From positions 1-29,139 of the forward strand of contig DATDXZ010000063.1 of NCBI GenBank assembly GCA_035289145.1: a stretch of 29,139 nt of DNA. Direction: 5' to 3'. A model generated the notes under the pieces. That model worked only from the letters and a program-made list of their open reading frames with translations, was not told the DNA's origin and ran no database searches. Both the position numbers and the translations under genes were made by a program. This document shows positions 27,035-29,139 of the stretch, piece by piece. This stretch comes from Candidatus Nanoarchaeia archaeon (GTDB lineage: Archaea > Nanobdellota > Nanobdellia > SCGC-AAA011-G17 > UBA489). Each line of letters opens with the position of its first letter. The stretch's first letter is position 1.

Positions 27035-27454
27035 ATGACAGAACACAAGAAAAAGAGCAAGTTTAGAAAAACTTTAACAGGTATCAAACGTGTAGCTTTA
27101 GCAGGACTTTTAGGATTAGTAACTGCATGCGGCAATGACACTGATCATGTTTGGATTGTACGACCGAACGCTGCAGAACGCTTTACTCTTACTAGATACG
27201 CAGGATCTGGCAGCGAACCTCGATCTCTCTTTCTTTTTGATTTAGAAGGCGATGGAAAGATAGACCAAGCAGTAGCGACTCGAGGAATAGAATGTTCAAA
27301 CATAGGTTATCTTCGAGGAATTCCTAAAGAACATGTAACATTTTATACTGCTCCGGGCACGCAACCAAGCGACTATGTTATCAGTGGCGTTGCACCTCAA
27401 CCTCTCACTGAAACCCTGGTTATGGAGTTTCTAAACTCTAGTCAAAACAAATAA
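27035..27454 (+). CDS. Lipoprotein of unknown function
   Basis: Basic N-region, hydrophobic core, lipobox LVTAC; DLEGDGKID Ca-loop-like motif. Confidence 0.75.
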   Translation: MTEHKKKSKFRKTLTGIKRVALAGLLGLVTACGNDTDHVWIVRPNAAERFTLTRYAGSGSEPRSLFLFDLEGDGKIDQAVATRGIECSNIGYLRGIPKEHVTFYTAPGTQPSDYVISGVAPQPLTETLVMEFLNSSQNK

Positions 27455-27550
27455 ATCAGGCTAACATTTTTTCTTTCTTTTTCTTCTTCTTTCATTCCTT
27501 ATTCTCCTGCAATAGCAATCTATAAAAATCATCTTTTTGACTTCTTTCTC

Positions 27551-27931
27551 ATGACTCAGAACTATAAACACACCATCTTGAATCTCAAAGCTAGAAAAGA
27601 AGACAGAATTCAAGCGGCGTTCCAATTAGAAAACAACGCTGATGACGCGGCGGTAGACGCCTTGGGAAAAGCGTTATTGACTGATCCCAGCCCTATAGTC
27701 AGACATGAATGCGCCTTTTCTCTGGGAGAAACTGGATATCCTGACAAAGCTAGTTCTTATCTCCTGCAGGCTATTCAGACAGACAAAAATATTTTTGTAG
27801 TGCATGAAGCGTTGCTTGCCTTAGCAACTTTAGGCGATGCAAAGTTTATTCCTTTTATTAAACAGTATCTCAAAGATCCACGACCAGAAATTGCAGAATC
27901 TGCGGAAATCGCGTTGGAACGTTTACAATAA
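27551..27931 (+). CDS. HEAT-repeat (PBS-lyase/DOHH-like) protein with two His-Glu motifs
   Basis: VRHECAFSLG (H52-E53), VVHEALLALA (H85-E86), GDAKFIPFIKQYLKDPRPEIAESAEIALERL. Confidence 0.85.
   Translation: MTQNYKHTILNLKARKEDRIQAAFQLENNADDAAVDALGKALLTDPSPIVRHECAFSLGETGYPDKASSYLLQAIQTDKNIFVVHEALLALATLGDAKFIPFIKQYLKDPRPEIAESAEIALERLQ
27845..27921 (+). repeat. 77-bp perfect direct repeat, copy 1 (inside the HEAT gene 3' end)
   Basis: tttattccttttattaaacag...cgcgttggaacg is identical base for base to 28976-29052. Confidence 0.97.
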
Positions 27932-27940
27932 GCTATTTTA

Positions 27941-28363
27941 TTACATTGATCTTGATTTTCCTGACATTCTTAACATGTCTATATTAGTGAATATTTTTAC
28001 TTTTTGTTGTTCTTTGAAATGAGGATCATGAGCCCATATGCCTTCTGCTTTACTAGCAAGACATGCAGCAAGATGCAGTGCATCATCTACATCACTTATG
28101 TCATTTTTACATTCCTCGATATAATCTTGATATTCCTCACGAGGCAGAATTTCTATATACTCAAAAATAAACACACGTAATATCTCAAATTCTTTTTCCG
28201 TTACTTTGATTCTCTTTAACAATTCGTCCTTATGCTCTTCTATTTCTATTAGTGTATAATCCGGTGTTATGAACTCGAAATATTCATCAAAGAGTATCTC
28301 TCTTGAAGTGCCATCTTTTACTAAGGCAGCTATAATCCTATTTGTATCTACGACAATTTTCAC
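27941..28363 (-). CDS. PIN-domain (VapC-like) toxin
   Basis: IVVDTNRIIAAL, DVDDALHLA, IWAHDPHF acidic PIN residues; GTGA overlap with the antitoxin. Confidence 0.9.
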   Translation of the reverse strand: MKIVVDTNRIIAALVKDGTSREILFDEYFEFITPDYTLIEIEEHKDELLKRIKVTEKEFEILRVFIFEYIEILPREEYQDYIEECKNDISDVDDALHLAACLASKAEGIWAHDPHFKEQQKVKIFTNIDMLRMSGKSRSM

Positions 28364-28587
28364 TTGACAAGACCGTGTCTTTTTGCCATTCCATGCTTTA
28401 TTTTATGACCTATTTCTTCTGCATCCTGCTCTGTTAATTCACTATCTGCCAACAGTTTGTCCATGAGCTCTAATTTTCTTGCTTTTTCCCACATCGCTTG
28501 CCTCGCTACTTCACTCCATTTAATCTCCTTATGCTTTTGTATGATATGCTGCAGATCTTCTGGCACTGCTAAGGTCATATTGGTCAT
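28360..28587 (-). CDS. Ribbon-helix-helix antitoxin
   Basis: MTNMTLAVPEDL...IKWSEVARQAM; 4-nt overlap upstream of the PIN gene. Confidence 0.85.
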   Translation of the reverse strand: MTNMTLAVPEDLQHIIQKHKEIKWSEVARQAMWEKARKLELMDKLLADSELTEQDAEEIGHKIKHGMAKRHGLVK

Positions 28588-28975
28588 TGTTCGCCACTCT
28601 CCACATAGTTATGTATATTATGTATTTTTACGTATTTAAATAGTTTATGGTTTTTTTGAGGTATTGTTGAGAAGTTTGCAAAAGTAGGTATCTTCAAAAT
28701 GTAATATGCTAGAAGGTCAGAATTTGATGGTTTTGAAAGGCTATTTCGCGAAAACATGACTTATTCAAAGTTCTCTGTTAATCATCAAAGATTACTTCTT
28801 AGAAATTCTACATAATCACATATTACTTTAGAACGACTTCACTCATATCTTACAGCAATCTATGCACCAAGCCATTGACTACGTTCTTGAGATCATCTCT
28901 ATGTGACAACCAATCCATCTTGTTCTTGGTATAACTGTAACTGCTTGCAGTCCTTGTTATACATGATATGTTAAT

Positions 28976-29052
28976 TTTATTCCTTTTATTAAACAGTATC
29001 TCAAAGATCCACGACCAGAAATTGCAGAATCTGCGGAAATCGCGTTGGAACG
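28976..29052 (+). repeat. 77-bp perfect direct repeat, copy 2 (displaced HEAT gene 3' end, stop at 29060-29062)
   Basis: Identical to 27845-27921, then CGA TTA GAC TAA versus CGT TTA CAA TAA. Confidence 0.97.
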
Positions 29053-29058
29053 ATTAGA

Positions 29059-29139
29059 CTAAGCTTTCATTTGTTTATACCCTTCAAAACCTGCGAGCAA
29101 TACTTTGTTCACGCCCACGAGCGCTCTATTCAAAACTCT
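29059..29139 (-). CDS. 3' end of a gene running off the window
   Basis: RVLNRALVGVNKVLLAGFEGYKQMKA*; its TAG overlaps the TAA of the displaced HEAT 3' end. Confidence 0.55.
   Translation of the reverse strand, partial: RVLNRALVGVNKVLLAGFEGYKQMKA

Noticed and set aside
28706-28975. Reading frame leading into the distal HEAT repeat copy
   Set aside because: In frame with the repeat but broken by four stops and with no HEAT similarity; not a second gene copy.
1-29139. Genome-wide stop-codon reassignment as an explanation for the interrupted genes
   Set aside because: TAG (hisS, secG), TAA (nac) and TGA (scpA, helicase) all terminate genes at their expected lengths.
1-29139. CRISPR array, IS element or integrase
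   Set aside because: No regularly spaced repeats, terminal inverted repeats, or transposase/recombinase motifs were seen.

Overview
AT-rich archaeal chromosomal window, most consistent with a DPANN (Woesearchaeales/Nanoarchaeota-like) genome. The evidence is aNAC, Sec61-beta, a BHB-intron tRNA, archaeal RNase P RNA, Lrp/TrmB regulators, and TATA boxes about 20-24 nt before leaderless ATGs. Housekeeping genes (scpA, hisS, tRNA-His, minD-like, nac, Fe-S DinG/XPD helicase, secG, rnpB, DHS-like, DacZ-like) alternate with small accessory cassettes. The ORF track misses several real features: intron-containing tRNA-His, RNase P RNA, Sec61-beta, a Zn-finger protein, a small membrane protein, an AbrB domain cut off by an ochre codon, and an Lrp fragment. 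Main observations: (1) three good cases and one weak case of integrase-free cassettes sitting between a gene's 3' end and a displaced second copy of that 3' end (100%, about 70% and about 60% nt identity, plus a 15-nt case); (2) a 126-aa half-size deoxyhypusine-hydroxylase-like HEAT protein with two HE motifs 33 aa apart, in the same window as a bacterial SpeY-type DHS homologue; (3) a tandem pair of secreted 8-Cys paralogues of unknown family; (4) an RNase P RNA with an apparently non-canonical architecture. No CRISPR array, transposase or integrase was seen. Family assignments come from motif recognition and were not checked by database search.
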